DNA of 64,000 bases from an uncultured Verrucomicrobiae bacterium. Its GTDB lineage: Bacteria; Verrucomicrobiota; Verrucomicrobiia; Chthoniobacterales; Chthoniobacteraceae. The notes beneath the pieces were generated by a model that was not told the DNA's origin, ran no database searches, and worked only from the letters and a program-made list of their open reading frames with translations. The stretch spans positions 32,001-96,000 of the forward strand of contig CAVYKI010000002.1 of assembly GCA_963769025.1 (NCBI GenBank). The letters run 5' to 3'. A program made the translations under genes and the position numbers. Positions 22,760-32,961 of the stretch are shown piece after piece (position 1 is the stretch's first letter; every line of letters begins with the position of its first letter).

Positions 22760-24328
22760 TTACGGCGGCGTGCCGGGCCTGAGGCGTCCGCTCTTTTCAA
22801 ACCACTCCATGAAGGTATCCGCGGACGCGTTGGAATTGAGGATCGCGGTGCCGCCGAGTTGCTCGATCTGTGCGGCGTGAGCGGCTTCAAAGACACGCGT
22901 CACCACGGGCACGCCGGGAGCGTGGCGGAGCACTTTTGCGGCGTCTTCCACGCGCCGCATCGAGGCGATGATGAGCTTCGCCTCTCTCGCGCCGGCCCGC
23001 TGCAGGGTCTTTTCATCCGAGCCGTCGCCGGGCAGGCACGGGATGCCAGCGCTTTCCATTTGGGCGATCACGGCGGGATCGTCATCCACGACAAGAATCT
23101 CGTGCCCCCCGGACCGCAGCGGTTTCACCACCCACATCCCGGCGGCGCCGAAGCCGAGCAGCAGGACGTGGCCGCGCGGGGCGCCCTCGGCGCGCAGTCG
23201 CCTCCGCAGCGGATGCAGGTGCAACAGCCAGCGCGTGACGCGGTCGGTGGCGACAAACGGGGTGAGCGTCATCGTGAGCACGGCGAGCAGCGCGATGACA
23301 CTGAATACCTCCGGCGCGATGTGCCCAAGGTGGAGGCCGGTCAGCCCGAGGATGAGCGAAAACTCGCTGGTCTGCGCGAGCAGCAGGCCGCTCTCGATTG
23401 AGGCCCGCGAGGAGAGGCCGCATCTTTCCGCGACCGCGGCGACGAGCAGCGGCGTGCCGACCAGAAAGATCGCGGCGAGCGCCAACGCCTTCAGGAGCAG
23501 CGCGCCTCCGGGCAGGATGAGGCTTTCGCCGAGCGCGATGAAAAAGACCGCGCCGAAGAAATCCGAGAACGTGGTCAACTGGCCCCGCACCACGCCGCTG
23601 AGGGGAAATGCCGAGAGCGCGAAGCCGGCGAGGAATGCCCCGGCGATGGCGGGAAGGCCGAGTGCGGAGGCCAGGCCGAGGAAGAGGAAGAGCGTCGCGA
23701 GCACGGTGAGCAGGAGCGTTTCCTCGTCGGGCCGTTTGCGTAGGAGAAGCCAAGGCAGCACCCAGCGCTGGCCGATGACCGCCAGCGCGCCGAGCAGCGC
23801 CGCGCCGCCGAGACCGGCGGCCATGGCAGGCGGTCCGCCGGGACTGCGCGCGAGGACGACGATGGCCACGATCATCGCGAGGTCCTGGATGAGTTGCACG
23901 CCGACGACCAGCCGTGCGAATGGCTCAAAGGTAAGCTGCCGCCGCCGCAGTTCGCGGAGTGCCACGAGAGTGGAACTGGTGGAGAGCGCGAGTGCGAGAT
24001 AGAGCGCGGTGGTCGGCTCGAAGCCGAGCAGCCGCGCGACAAAAAAGGCGCTCAGGCCCGACACGCTGAAATGCACGGCTGCGACCCACGCGGCCGCCCG
24101 GCGCTGCGACGCAAAGCGGCGCGGATTCAGCTCCACGCCCGCGGCGAAGACGAGGAAGGCCAGGCCGAGTTCGAGCACATTGCGGAGCGATTCCCGCGGC
24201 GGGGTGAGACCGAGCAGCGAAAGACCGAGGCCGGTGCACAGCAGGACGGGAAGCGCCGGCACGCGCAGCCAGCGCGCGACGCCGAGGCCGAGCGCGGCGA
24301 GCAGCAGGATGACGGCGAGCGCGCTCAT
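22760..24328 (-). CDS. CPA2 cation:proton antiporter with TrkA-N domain
   Basis: ELGLAFLVFAAGVEL, LSTSST, LIQDL, AQTSEFS, LLGFG...VVDDDP...GDG. Confidence 0.88.
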   Translation of the reverse strand: MSALAVILLLAALGLGVARWLRVPALPVLLCTGLGLSLLGLTPPRESLRNVLELGLAFLVFAAGVELNPRRFASQRRAAAWVAAVHFSVSGLSAFFVARLLGFEPTTALYLALALSTSSTLVALRELRRRQLTFEPFARLVVGVQLIQDLAMIVAIVVLARSPGGPPAMAAGLGGAALLGALAVIGQRWVLPWLLLRKRPDEETLLLTVLATLFLFLGLASALGLPAIAGAFLAGFALSAFPLSGVVRGQLTTFSDFFGAVFFIALGESLILPGGALLLKALALAAIFLVGTPLLVAAVAERCGLSSRASIESGLLLAQTSEFSLILGLTGLHLGHIAPEVFSVIALLAVLTMTLTPFVATDRVTRWLLHLHPLRRRLRAEGAPRGHVLLLGFGAAGMWVVKPLRSGGHEILVVDDDPAVIAQMESAGIPCLPGDGSDEKTLQRAGAREAKLIIASMRRVEDAAKVLRHAPGVPVVTRVFEAAHAAQIEQLGGTAILNSNASADTFMEWFEKSGRLRPGTPP

Positions 24329-25959
24329 CGGGTGAGGAATCCCATGCGCTCCAGTTCGCGGTTCATCAGTTTCACACCGTCCACTTTCGGAATCATGAGG
24401 TAGTCGGCGTCCACCTTGAGCAGGTTGTCCGTCTGGGAGAGGTCCACGACGTGGATCGCGCAGGGCACGCCGAAACTGCGGCAACGGTAGGCGAGCAGGT
24501 CGTTCGCCTCCTCGATTCGCAGCGCGGCGACGAGCAGCTTCGCGTGCGGCAGGCCGGCTTCCTCGAGCACCGCGAGGTAGTCGGCGTTGCCCATCATCGT
24601 CTCGCACGGCAGACCGGCCAGCTTCGCGGGATCGGTGTCGATCGCCAGCACGCGCTCGCCGCTTTCAATCAGCCGCTGAGCGAGGATGCGCCCGAGCGTG
24701 TTCATGCCGACGATGATGACGTGGCCGCGCCGCGCCGGCTCCGCGCGCGGCTCGTCGTTGATTTGCGCCGCGCCGAAGATTCGCAGCAGGCGGAGCTTTC
24801 GCGCGAGGCGGTAGAGCTCGTGGTTGTAGAGAATCATGTAGGCGGAGATGGCGATGGTGGCCACGCCGACAAGCGCGGTGATGGAAAGGATCGAGGGTGC
24901 GATCAACCCGGTGGAGACGCCCATCGCGGCGAAGATGAATGAGAACTCGCTGATCTGCGCCACCGTGACGCTTGTCAAAAAGGAGGTCCGCTCGCCGTAA
25001 CCCATGCGGGCGATGATCCACATGAAGATGAGCGGATTGCCGATGAGCACGAACAGCGAAAGGAGCAGCGTGGCCCCGGCGTGTTCCGCGGCGGCGCCGA
25101 GTTCCATGCGGATGCCGAGCGAGACAAAGAAGACGGCGATGAAGAAATTCATCAGCGGATGGACGCGGCGGCGAAGTTCCTGATTGTACGGCAACTGCGC
25201 GAGGCTGATGCCTGCGAGAAACGCGCCGATCTCCAGCGACAAGTGCAGCGCCTGCGCCGCCAGCACGATGAGGAAACACCACGACAGGCTCCACACGAAG
25301 AGCATCTCCGGCGAACGCGCCGCCCAGACGAACGGCCGGGGCAGCACGTAGCGCGCCGCAAGCAGCACCGCGGTGAGCAGCACGGCCATGCCGCCAAAGG
25401 CCACCCCCAGCCCGCGCGCGACCGCGCCAAAGCCCGGCTCCGCATCCGCGCCGAGACCCGCGAGGAAAGTCAGGATGAGGATCGCCACGAGATCCTGGAC
25501 GAGAAAGATGCCCACGGCGATCCGACCGTAGAGGCTGTCGAGTTCCTTCTTTTCATCGAGCAGCTTCACCACCACCACCGTGCTGCTGAAGGTGAGCGCG
25601 GTGGCGAGAAAGGTCGCCTCCATCATCGTGAACCCGAGCCCCCAGCAGAACGCGAAGCCACCCAGCGCCGTGAACGCCACCTGGCCCAGCCCGGCGACGA
25701 TGGCCACCTTTCCCACATCGCGCACTTTGGCAAAGCTCAGCTCCAGTCCGACGACAAAGAGCAGCAGCGCGATGCCCGCCTCGGAAATGTGCGCCAGCGC
25801 CTCGGTGACTTTGACCAGCCCCGCCAGTGGCCCGAGCACCAGCCCCGCGAGCAGGTACGCGACAATGGCGGGCATCTTCACGAGCCGCGCGAGCAGCGCA
25901 AACAACGCCGCCGTGACGATGAGGATGCCGAGGCTGCGCAGGAACGTCTCGTCGATCAT
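24325..25959 (-). CDS. CPA2 cation:proton antiporter with TrkA-N domain (KefC/NhaP-like)
   Basis: EAGIALLLFVVGLEL, FSSTVVVVK, LVQDL, AQISEFS, IIVGMNTLG. Confidence 0.92.
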   Translation of the reverse strand: MIDETFLRSLGILIVTAALFALLARLVKMPAIVAYLLAGLVLGPLAGLVKVTEALAHISEAGIALLLFVVGLELSFAKVRDVGKVAIVAGLGQVAFTALGGFAFCWGLGFTMMEATFLATALTFSSTVVVVKLLDEKKELDSLYGRIAVGIFLVQDLVAILILTFLAGLGADAEPGFGAVARGLGVAFGGMAVLLTAVLLAARYVLPRPFVWAARSPEMLFVWSLSWCFLIVLAAQALHLSLEIGAFLAGISLAQLPYNQELRRRVHPLMNFFIAVFFVSLGIRMELGAAAEHAGATLLLSLFVLIGNPLIFMWIIARMGYGERTSFLTSVTVAQISEFSFIFAAMGVSTGLIAPSILSITALVGVATIAISAYMILYNHELYRLARKLRLLRIFGAAQINDEPRAEPARRGHVIIVGMNTLGRILAQRLIESGERVLAIDTDPAKLAGLPCETMMGNADYLAVLEEAGLPHAKLLVAALRIEEANDLLAYRCRSFGVPCAIHVVDLSQTDNLLKVDADYLMIPKVDGVKLMNRELERMGFLTR

Positions 25960-25983
25960 GGCGTCGCGGAAAAAGAACCGAGG

Positions 25984-26126
25984 CTATTCATACCCCATGA
26001 CCTCGCTGACGACGTCCTCCAGCGTGACCAGCCCGGTGCTCCGGGCGCCGCGTCGCGCACCAGCGCCATGAAGCAGGGAAACGAAGCGAAGTTCGCGACG
26101 GCGCAGCCAAGCAAAAGGATATGCAT
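25984..26126 (-). pseudogene. CBS-domain (hemolysin/CorC-like) gene remnant
   Basis: MALVRDAA(fs)RSTGLVTLEDVVSEVMGYE* resembles the CBS-pair C-terminal motif MAIVVDEYG-x-x-GLVTLEDI-EEI-G. Confidence 0.55.
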
Positions 26127-26465
26127 GGCGCAGTGAATCAAAGGCCAGGCCCTGCTGCGATGCTGTTGTGCCGTCAGGCACCTTTAAATGCGTGAGCGCC
26201 CTGGTTTCGCGCGACCAGATGGTGACGATCGTGCTCTGCTGATCGTCAAGGCGGGCCGTGCGGTCGCAATAATTGCAGAGATAAGGGCGGGTGCAGCGTG
26301 CATCTCACGGTTCTCAACAGGAAGGCGCCCGCCCGCGCCGCCGTGAATTCCACACAGGTGAGGCATCGGTAGTGCGTGCCGCTCAGATTGCCGCCACGAC
26401 GCTGCAGAATGGTGAAATCGCCACGCTGAAATTCACCGATGCGTGCGCCTCACACACCGCGAGTA

Positions 26466-27491
26466 CTACTCCTTCTGTTTGGTGCCGGGGCGTGGGAGGT
26501 CGCGGAGGAGCGGTTCGATGGCGTGCATGATGTCGTCGATCGCCTCGCGGTTGCCCGCTTCCTTGGCCTCACGCAGACGTTTGAGCGCACCTTCGAGACG
26601 CTCGCGCAATTCGGGGTTGTCGGTCCGTTTGGCGACCTCGCCGATTGCTCGCATCCGCTTTTCCAATCCTTCGGCGCCAGCGGGAGCCGAGCCTTCATCG
26701 GGGCGCCTGGCTTCCGAGGCGCCGCGTGAAGGTTCCTGGTTCTCACGCAGTTTTCCCATCTGCTTCTGGAGCCGCTCGCGCTGCTCGGGGTCGGTGGTGC
26801 GCTCGATCGCTTCCGCGATTTCGCGCATCTCCTGATCGATGCCGTCACGCTTCCGCTCGGAGCCTTCGGCACGTTTCGCCTTCTCCGGCTCACGCGAGCC
26901 GCGCTCTTCGCGGAGATGACGCAGCATTCCTTCGAGCTGCCTTTTCGCTTCCTCCCCACGGCCGTGCTTCACCGCTTGCTCGACCTGTTCCAGCTTTTCC
27001 ACCAGTTCGCGGGGGGGCTCACCACCCCCGGACCGCTTCCCAATTCCCCGTCTTACCTGCTCGAACATTTCGCGCACATCGCCCCCAGCCGCGCCGCCGC
27101 GTGAAGTGACGGCCTTCTTCGCGAGGCCCTGCACTTTTTCAAATTGCTCGGGCGTGAGCACCTTGCGCATCGCGATCCGTGCGCGAAACTGGAGCATCTT
27201 CATCTCGTTCTCCGCCTGGAGCAACCTCTCGAAGCTGCCCATCACCTTATCCTGATCGACGGGATTCTGCGCGACCTCGATCTTCTCACCGCTTTCGCGC
27301 AACTCCTCGGCGATGCGATCCATCTCGCGCACTTGGTCCTCGTTCAGGCCGAGCGCTTCGCGATTCTTCAGGTAAAAATCGAGCGGGAGAAAAATAATGC
27401 CGTGTGCGACGGTGGCGCGCGATGGCTCCGCCGCGTGATGGATCAATCGCGTCAGCAGAGTCGCGACCAGGCAGAGCAGGGGAGGGGGCAA
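26466..27491 (-). CDS. Secreted helical protein with a Spy/CpxP-like N-terminal domain and a charged coiled-coil tail (start uncertain)
   Basis: REALGLNEDQ...VLTPEQF LTxxQ-like motifs and an E/R/K-rich helical C-terminus. Confidence 0.6.
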   Translation of the reverse strand: MPPPLLCLVATLLTRLIHHAAEPSRATVAHGIIFLPLDFYLKNREALGLNEDQVREMDRIAEELRESGEKIEVAQNPVDQDKVMGSFERLLQAENEMKMLQFRARIAMRKVLTPEQFEKVQGLAKKAVTSRGGAAGGDVREMFEQVRRGIGKRSGGGEPPRELVEKLEQVEQAVKHGRGEEAKRQLEGMLRHLREERGSREPEKAKRAEGSERKRDGIDQEMREIAEAIERTTDPEQRERLQKQMGKLRENQEPSRGASEARRPDEGSAPAGAEGLEKRMRAIGEVAKRTDNPELRERLEGALKRLREAKEAGNREAIDDIMHAIEPLLRDLPRPGTKQKE

Positions 27492-27534
27492 GTGCGCAGA
27501 TTCGAGCTCATGAAGGGGGATTTGCCGTGGTGGG

Positions 27535-29073
27535 TCAGCCCTTCAAGGCATCCTTCGCGCGCTGGGTAACGTCGTTGTCCGGCATCTGCGTGCCGTGCAG
27601 AAAATGCACGGAGGTTGCAAGCAGGTGAGGGCGCCAGCGCGGGCTGACCCAGTCGCGGTTCTCGAAAATCGCGATGGGGAATTTGATGTCATGTGCATTG
27701 ATCGTCGCCTTTGTGATGAGCAACCGGCGCGCAGTGGCGACGAATTCGCCCGAGTCGCCGTGCAGCTTTCCATAGGCGAGCGCGAGTTGGGACGCCTGAT
27801 CCTGGCCCGAGCGATCCTCGATCTCCTGTTGGAACGGACGTGGCGGCAGCAATGCGAAGATGCTTCCCAACGCAGCACCGGGCGCGGGCGGAAGCTCCAC
27901 TTGCGCCATGTCGGTCAGCTTCATGTCACGCAGCATCCCGCGATCCGCTTCGTTTTTTGTGAATGCCGCCGCCCATGCTGCCGCCTGAAGCACGATGAGG
28001 AATCGTGTGCGCCCGTCCGCGCAGACCTTGAAGAGGTGATGCAACGCATTGCTGGCGGTGTTGGAGTGCAGGGCGCGGTTGGCGATCCGGATGTTGCCCA
28101 GTTTGAAACGGATCATGAATTCCCCGCAGGCGAGGTGCACCGCATCCCATACCGTGCCTGCCTGGACCCAGCGCTCGGAGAGCCCGCGGGCCACCCACTG
28201 GCTGACTTGATTCCAACTGCCGAGACGGATGATCCGGAGCAGTTCGAGGGTCGCCTTTTCATCGCTGCGGCTGTCCGCCCAGTCGGGCGGGAGCTTCTCG
28301 AAGCGCTGCTTCACCTGCTCGCGGTTGAAGTCATACGACTGGCCCTCCGTGCGCTTGGAATTCCACTGATGCAACTCGCGGACGAGATAGCGCAGCGTCG
28401 GCTCGGCGTGCTGCTCGCCAATGACGCGCAGCGTGCGCCACGCGTTCGACACCGCGATGGGCATGTGTCCGATGAAACTCCAGTCGCGCGCCGCGTAGTG
28501 GCAGAACCGCTGCAGCGCGGCACCGGTGCCTTCGCTCCGCGCGAGCGCAATCACCGCCCTCTCGGCGCGTTCCTGTTCCCAGGCATCCATCGCCGCGTGG
28601 AATTCGGCAGCCGCACTTTCCGACGGTGGCAGCGGCCCCGCGAGTGGCGGCGCGGGCTTTTCCTTAAACCGCGCGATGTGCTCCTTCACCACGTCCACCG
28701 CCCAGAACAGCGGCAGCAGTCGCTCGCCGGGTTGGACCTGGCTGCTCAGTTCCAGCGCGGCATGAACGAGGTAAACCGTGTGATGTCCGTCGTGCCGCAT
28801 CGCGTGCAGAAACGCCGCCGCCATCAGCTCCCGAAACGGCACGCCCTTCCGCAACTGGCCCGCGAGCATCTCCACGCACTTCTCGCGCGGCGTGTTCTCG
28901 ATCAATTTCACGAGCGGCAGAATCTCCGGACGCAACTGCACAAGGTCGGGCGTCACCACCGCCTCCGCCGCCGTCAGCGGACTGAACGGCAGCAATCCTT
29001 GGAGACTGCCGATGCCAACGGCGGTGCCGGTCAGGCGGAAAAAATTTCGCCGATTGATGTCTGGGTTTCTCAT
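27535..29073 (-). CDS. Tat-exported hypothetical protein
   Basis: NRRNFF twin-arginine signal and a long ORF with repeated His motifs (DGHHTV, IGHMPI, ALHSNT, NAHDIKF). Confidence 0.7.
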   Translation of the reverse strand: MRNPDINRRNFFRLTGTAVGIGSLQGLLPFSPLTAAEAVVTPDLVQLRPEILPLVKLIENTPREKCVEMLAGQLRKGVPFRELMAAAFLHAMRHDGHHTVYLVHAALELSSQVQPGERLLPLFWAVDVVKEHIARFKEKPAPPLAGPLPPSESAAAEFHAAMDAWEQERAERAVIALARSEGTGAALQRFCHYAARDWSFIGHMPIAVSNAWRTLRVIGEQHAEPTLRYLVRELHQWNSKRTEGQSYDFNREQVKQRFEKLPPDWADSRSDEKATLELLRIIRLGSWNQVSQWVARGLSERWVQAGTVWDAVHLACGEFMIRFKLGNIRIANRALHSNTASNALHHLFKVCADGRTRFLIVLQAAAWAAAFTKNEADRGMLRDMKLTDMAQVELPPAPGAALGSIFALLPPRPFQQEIEDRSGQDQASQLALAYGKLHGDSGEFVATARRLLITKATINAHDIKFPIAIFENRDWVSPRWRPHLLATSVHFLHGTQMPDNDVTQRAKDALKG

Positions 29074-29262
29074 CGTGCGAGGGTGCTTGCTTCGAGTTTG
29101 ACGCTGGTTGGTCGCATCTGGCTGGCAACGCTCACGCAGCTTTGGAAACCCCAAAACGTTCCGGTGATAGGGACTGAACTCCAGGTCGGGGATGCCGAAA
29201 TGAGCAGACGAGGGCCAGGGCTTTCATTGGCAACGCAGAGTTTTTACAGAGCTGGAGCAGGG

Positions 29263-31389
29263 CTATTCGATGCGATAGGCGCCGGCTGCCATAGGCGCCA
29301 TGTTAAGAGCGATTGAGCCATTGGTGACAGACAGTTTCGTGCCGTCCGCCAGATTGGTCGCGGTTGCATTGCCGATGCCCTCGATCCGGACGGTTGCCTG
29401 CTCGGGGCCGCGCGAGTCATTGGCGATGATGAGGAACTTCTGCTTCCCGGACTGCTTGAAGGCGACGTGGATCGCGCGGTTGTGTCGCGTGAACGTGACG
29501 CATTTCTCGTCATTGGGGATGAGCAGTACGTTTTCGATGGCGACCAGTTCCTTCATTGCAGTGCGGAGGATTTCGAGGTCCGCCGGGCTGTTCTTTGTGC
29601 ACCAGAGCTTCTGTCCCTCGGGCGTTTCCCGCCGGTAGTCCCATGCATAGATGCCGATGCCATCCGCTCCCGCTGCGATGCTCAGGTAGAGCATGCAGCG
29701 CAGTTCGGTCAGGGCCGGGCGTTTGTCGTCGCCCGGGGAATCGTATTGGTCGAGCAATGTCCAGACGGGTTTCAGATTCGCGACCGCCCGTCGTGCCGCA
29801 ATCGTCGCATCGGCGACCATCCGCAGTGAGACGAGCGGAATGGGGTACGGGTCGCACGCCAGGAAATCGAGACCCTCCGCAGTCTCGCTCATGCGCGAAA
29901 GATTGTTTTGCGGACAAAGGATCGGGACTTCGGCATTGATCATTTTGATCGCGTTGTAGCTGTCGATCATCTTGTCGAGGGAAACGCCCCAGGGCTCGTC
30001 ATACGCGGCCCACGCACCGAGAGCGGGATGATCCTTGAAAAGAAAAACGGGCCCGAGCACCGATATGCGGGCCGGGATGATCAATTGGATGCCCGCCTTT
30101 TGGGCTGCGTCCAGGGCGCTCTTCATATGGGCATGTTCCGCTGCGGACTTTCTGCCGAAATCGAGAAACGGACTGCCCGGAGCGCGCGGCGTGATGTAGT
30201 GAAAACCCATGTCCGCGATCTGTTGGAAGTCCTCCGGATAGGCGTGATACATGACGAACGGAAAGATGGTCTTCCCGTTCACCGAGATGCGCCTGTCCGG
30301 ACGGATGATGATCCGCTTGTCCGCGGCCACGCTGCCGTTCGTCACGCGCGTCATGCGTGAATACACCTCCTTGTGCCCGGCACTCACGCGCACGTGGATG
30401 TTGAAGTAGTCGTTGTTCCAGCCTTTGCGCTCCAACTCGACGAACTTGTCTTCCGGCCCCGTCAGCGTCCCGCGATAGGCCACCATCGCCGCTCCGGTGG
30501 GATACTCCCACGTCACGGAAGTTTGCAGCGGATACGGAAGGTCTGAACCCAGGTGGGTATATTGCAACACCACGCGCTTTTGATACGGCAGCTGATGCAC
30601 GTAAACCTCCAGCGGTCTCGCCGGTCCGATGGCCCGCGCGACACCCGAAACACGCACTGGCCCCACCAGCACCTTGTTCCTGCCTTTGAACAGCAGCAAG
30701 GGCGCGGCGGGATCGACCTGCATGCGCGCGTCATCGCCCGTCCGCGTCAGATACCGGACGCGATCTTCGCTGCCGTCGATCCATGTGCGAATCACACGGC
30801 GATCCGCGTCGTAAGTCACCGCCAGATGCGCCCACTGACCGGTGGGGATGGAAGTGGCGCCGCCAAATGCCTCATCGTTCACCGGCGAGTAATTGAGTTG
30901 GCGCTTGTCGGTCGTCACCATCGGGTATCGGGGAAAAACCATGCGCTGATTGTCCAAGGCGAGCGTCTTGTTGAGCTGGAAGGCGAAGGAACCGTCCTTC
31001 GCTGCGACGCTGCCCCACGCGCTCGTGCCATCGGCGGGAGACGAGGCATTCAGCCACGCTTCAATCGTGAATCCCTTCTCGAAACGGAACCGCCCGCCAT
31101 CCTCGACAGAGATCCAATGTTCCTCATCCGCCGCACATTCAACGGCGTGTCCAAACGTGTCGTCGGCCACGATCCTGGTGCCATAACTTTTCACGGCCGC
31201 TCCATGGGCAGCATCTTCCAACTTCGAACCGTCCTCGCTGACTCGCAGAAGCAACTGCGTTTGCCCATCCAGCAAAGGCATCAGCGATCTTTTCGCTTCG
31301 GCGCCAATAGTGACGGTCGCTCCAAGCACAAGCACGCTGGCGAGCCGGAGAGCGAGTGCGGTGGAAACCAAGAAGGTTCGAGTTTTCAT
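29263..31389 (-). CDS. Secreted LamG-domain protein with a glycoside-hydrolase-like TIM barrel
   Basis: Signal peptide, FTIEAW...WAHLAVTYD...WIDG (LamG), [22 protein letters not shown]. Confidence 0.7.
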   Translation of the reverse strand: MKTRTFLVSTALALRLASVLVLGATVTIGAEAKRSLMPLLDGQTQLLLRVSEDGSKLEDAAHGAAVKSYGTRIVADDTFGHAVECAADEEHWISVEDGGRFRFEKGFTIEAWLNASSPADGTSAWGSVAAKDGSFAFQLNKTLALDNQRMVFPRYPMVTTDKRQLNYSPVNDEAFGGATSIPTGQWAHLAVTYDADRRVIRTWIDGSEDRVRYLTRTGDDARMQVDPAAPLLLFKGRNKVLVGPVRVSGVARAIGPARPLEVYVHQLPYQKRVVLQYTHLGSDLPYPLQTSVTWEYPTGAAMVAYRGTLTGPEDKFVELERKGWNNDYFNIHVRVSAGHKEVYSRMTRVTNGSVAADKRIIIRPDRRISVNGKTIFPFVMYHAYPEDFQQIADMGFHYITPRAPGSPFLDFGRKSAAEHAHMKSALDAAQKAGIQLIIPARISVLGPVFLFKDHPALGAWAAYDEPWGVSLDKMIDSYNAIKMINAEVPILCPQNNLSRMSETAEGLDFLACDPYPIPLVSLRMVADATIAARRAVANLKPVWTLLDQYDSPGDDKRPALTELRCMLYLSIAAGADGIGIYAWDYRRETPEGQKLWCTKNSPADLEILRTAMKELVAIENVLLIPNDEKCVTFTRHNRAIHVAFKQSGKQKFLIIANDSRGPEQATVRIEGIGNATATNLADGTKLSVTNGSIALNMAPMAAGAYRIE

Positions 31390-31531
31390 GGGAGGGGATG
31401 GGTAAAGAGAAACGCGAGTGGCGGAATCCGCACAGGAACAGCAACCCGTGATCGGGGTCTAACCGGACAGCAGCGACACCCCGAACGGTGCCGTGTCGTT
31501 CGCTGACGATTGAATTTTTTCACGTTGCAGA

Positions 31532-32955
31532 TCACACGAGAATTTTCCGCAACACGTCGCCCGCGACATCGGTGAGGCGGTAGCGGCGGCCGTTGTGGAA
31601 ATAGGTGAGCCTGTTTGTGATCGATGCCGAGCAGGTGCAGCATCGTGGCGTGGAGGTCGTGGACGGAGACGCGGTCCACGGCGGCGCGGTAGCCGATGTC
31701 GTCGAGTTCGCCGTAGCTCACGCCGCGCTTGATGCCCGCGCCGGTCATGAACATGCCGAAGCCGTTCGGATTGTGGTCGCGTCCGCCGTTGCCCTGCGAG
31801 ACGGGCATGCGCCCGAATTCGCCGCCCCAGATGACGAGCGTTTCGTTGATGAGTCCGCGTGCGCTTGAGGTCGGTGAGCAGCGCGTGAATCGGCTTGTCG
31901 GTCGCGCGGCAGTGGCCGCGGTGATTGCCGTTCAGGTCGCTGTGCGCGTCCCATTCGCCGTCGCTGTAGACCTGCACGAAGCGCACGCCGCGTTCGACGA
32001 GCCGGCGCGCCATGAGGCATTTCGAGCCGAAGGAGCGCGTCTCATTTTGGTCGATGCCATACATCTCGCGCGTGGCGGCGGACTCGGTGCTGAAGTCCAC
32101 GAGGTCGGTCGCCTCCGCCTGCATGCGATACGCGAGCTCGAAGCTCTGGATGCGCCCGAGCAATTCCGCCTCGCCGGGACGCTGCCTGCAGATGGCGCTC
32201 GTTGAGCTTCGCCATGCAGGTCGAGCTGCGCGCGCTGGTCGTCGCGCGTGACATCGCGGGGCCGCGTGAGATTGATGACCGGCGTGTCGCCCGGGCCGGA
32301 AGAGCGTGCCCTGATACGTGGTCGGCAGAAAGCCGGAGCTCCAGTTGAGGTTGCCGCCCTTCACGCCCTGATTGTTCCCGAGCACGACGTAGCCCGGCAG
32401 GTTGCTGTTCTCCGAGCCGAGGCCGTAGGTGATCCACGAGCCCGCGCTGGGAAATCCGGGCCGCGGGATGCCGGTGTTGATTTGATAGAGCGCGGGGACA
32501 TGGTCGTTCGACTCGCTGTAGAATGATTTCACGAACGCGAAGTCGTCCACGTGCTTCGCGACATTCGGGTAATGCTCGCAGACCCATGCGCCCGACTGGC
32601 CGTATTGCTTGAACGAAAACGGCGACTTCATCAGCGGCCCGGGATTGCCGTTGAACACATCAATCTCGATGCGCTGGCCGTCGCGCTTGGTCAGTTCCGG
32701 CTTCGGATCGAACATGTCCACCGCGCTCGGCGCGCCTTCCATGAACAGCCAGATGACCGACTTCGCCTTCGCCGGAAAATGCGCGACGCGCGGCGCCATC
32801 GGATTGAGCGCATCCGGCGCGGCGGCGAGCAGGCCGTTCTTCGCGAAGAGGTCGGCGAGCGCGAGCATGCCGAAACCCGCGCCGGCCTTTTTCAGAAAAT
32901 CGCGGCGAGTCGTGAAGGGCTCGAAGCGTCCGCAATGCTGCTGGGTCGGGTTCAT
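31532..32955 (-). CDS. DUF1501 protein (several frameshifts)
   Basis: TRRDFL Tat motif, [41 protein letters not shown]. Confidence 0.85.
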
Positions 32956-32961
32956 GGGGCG

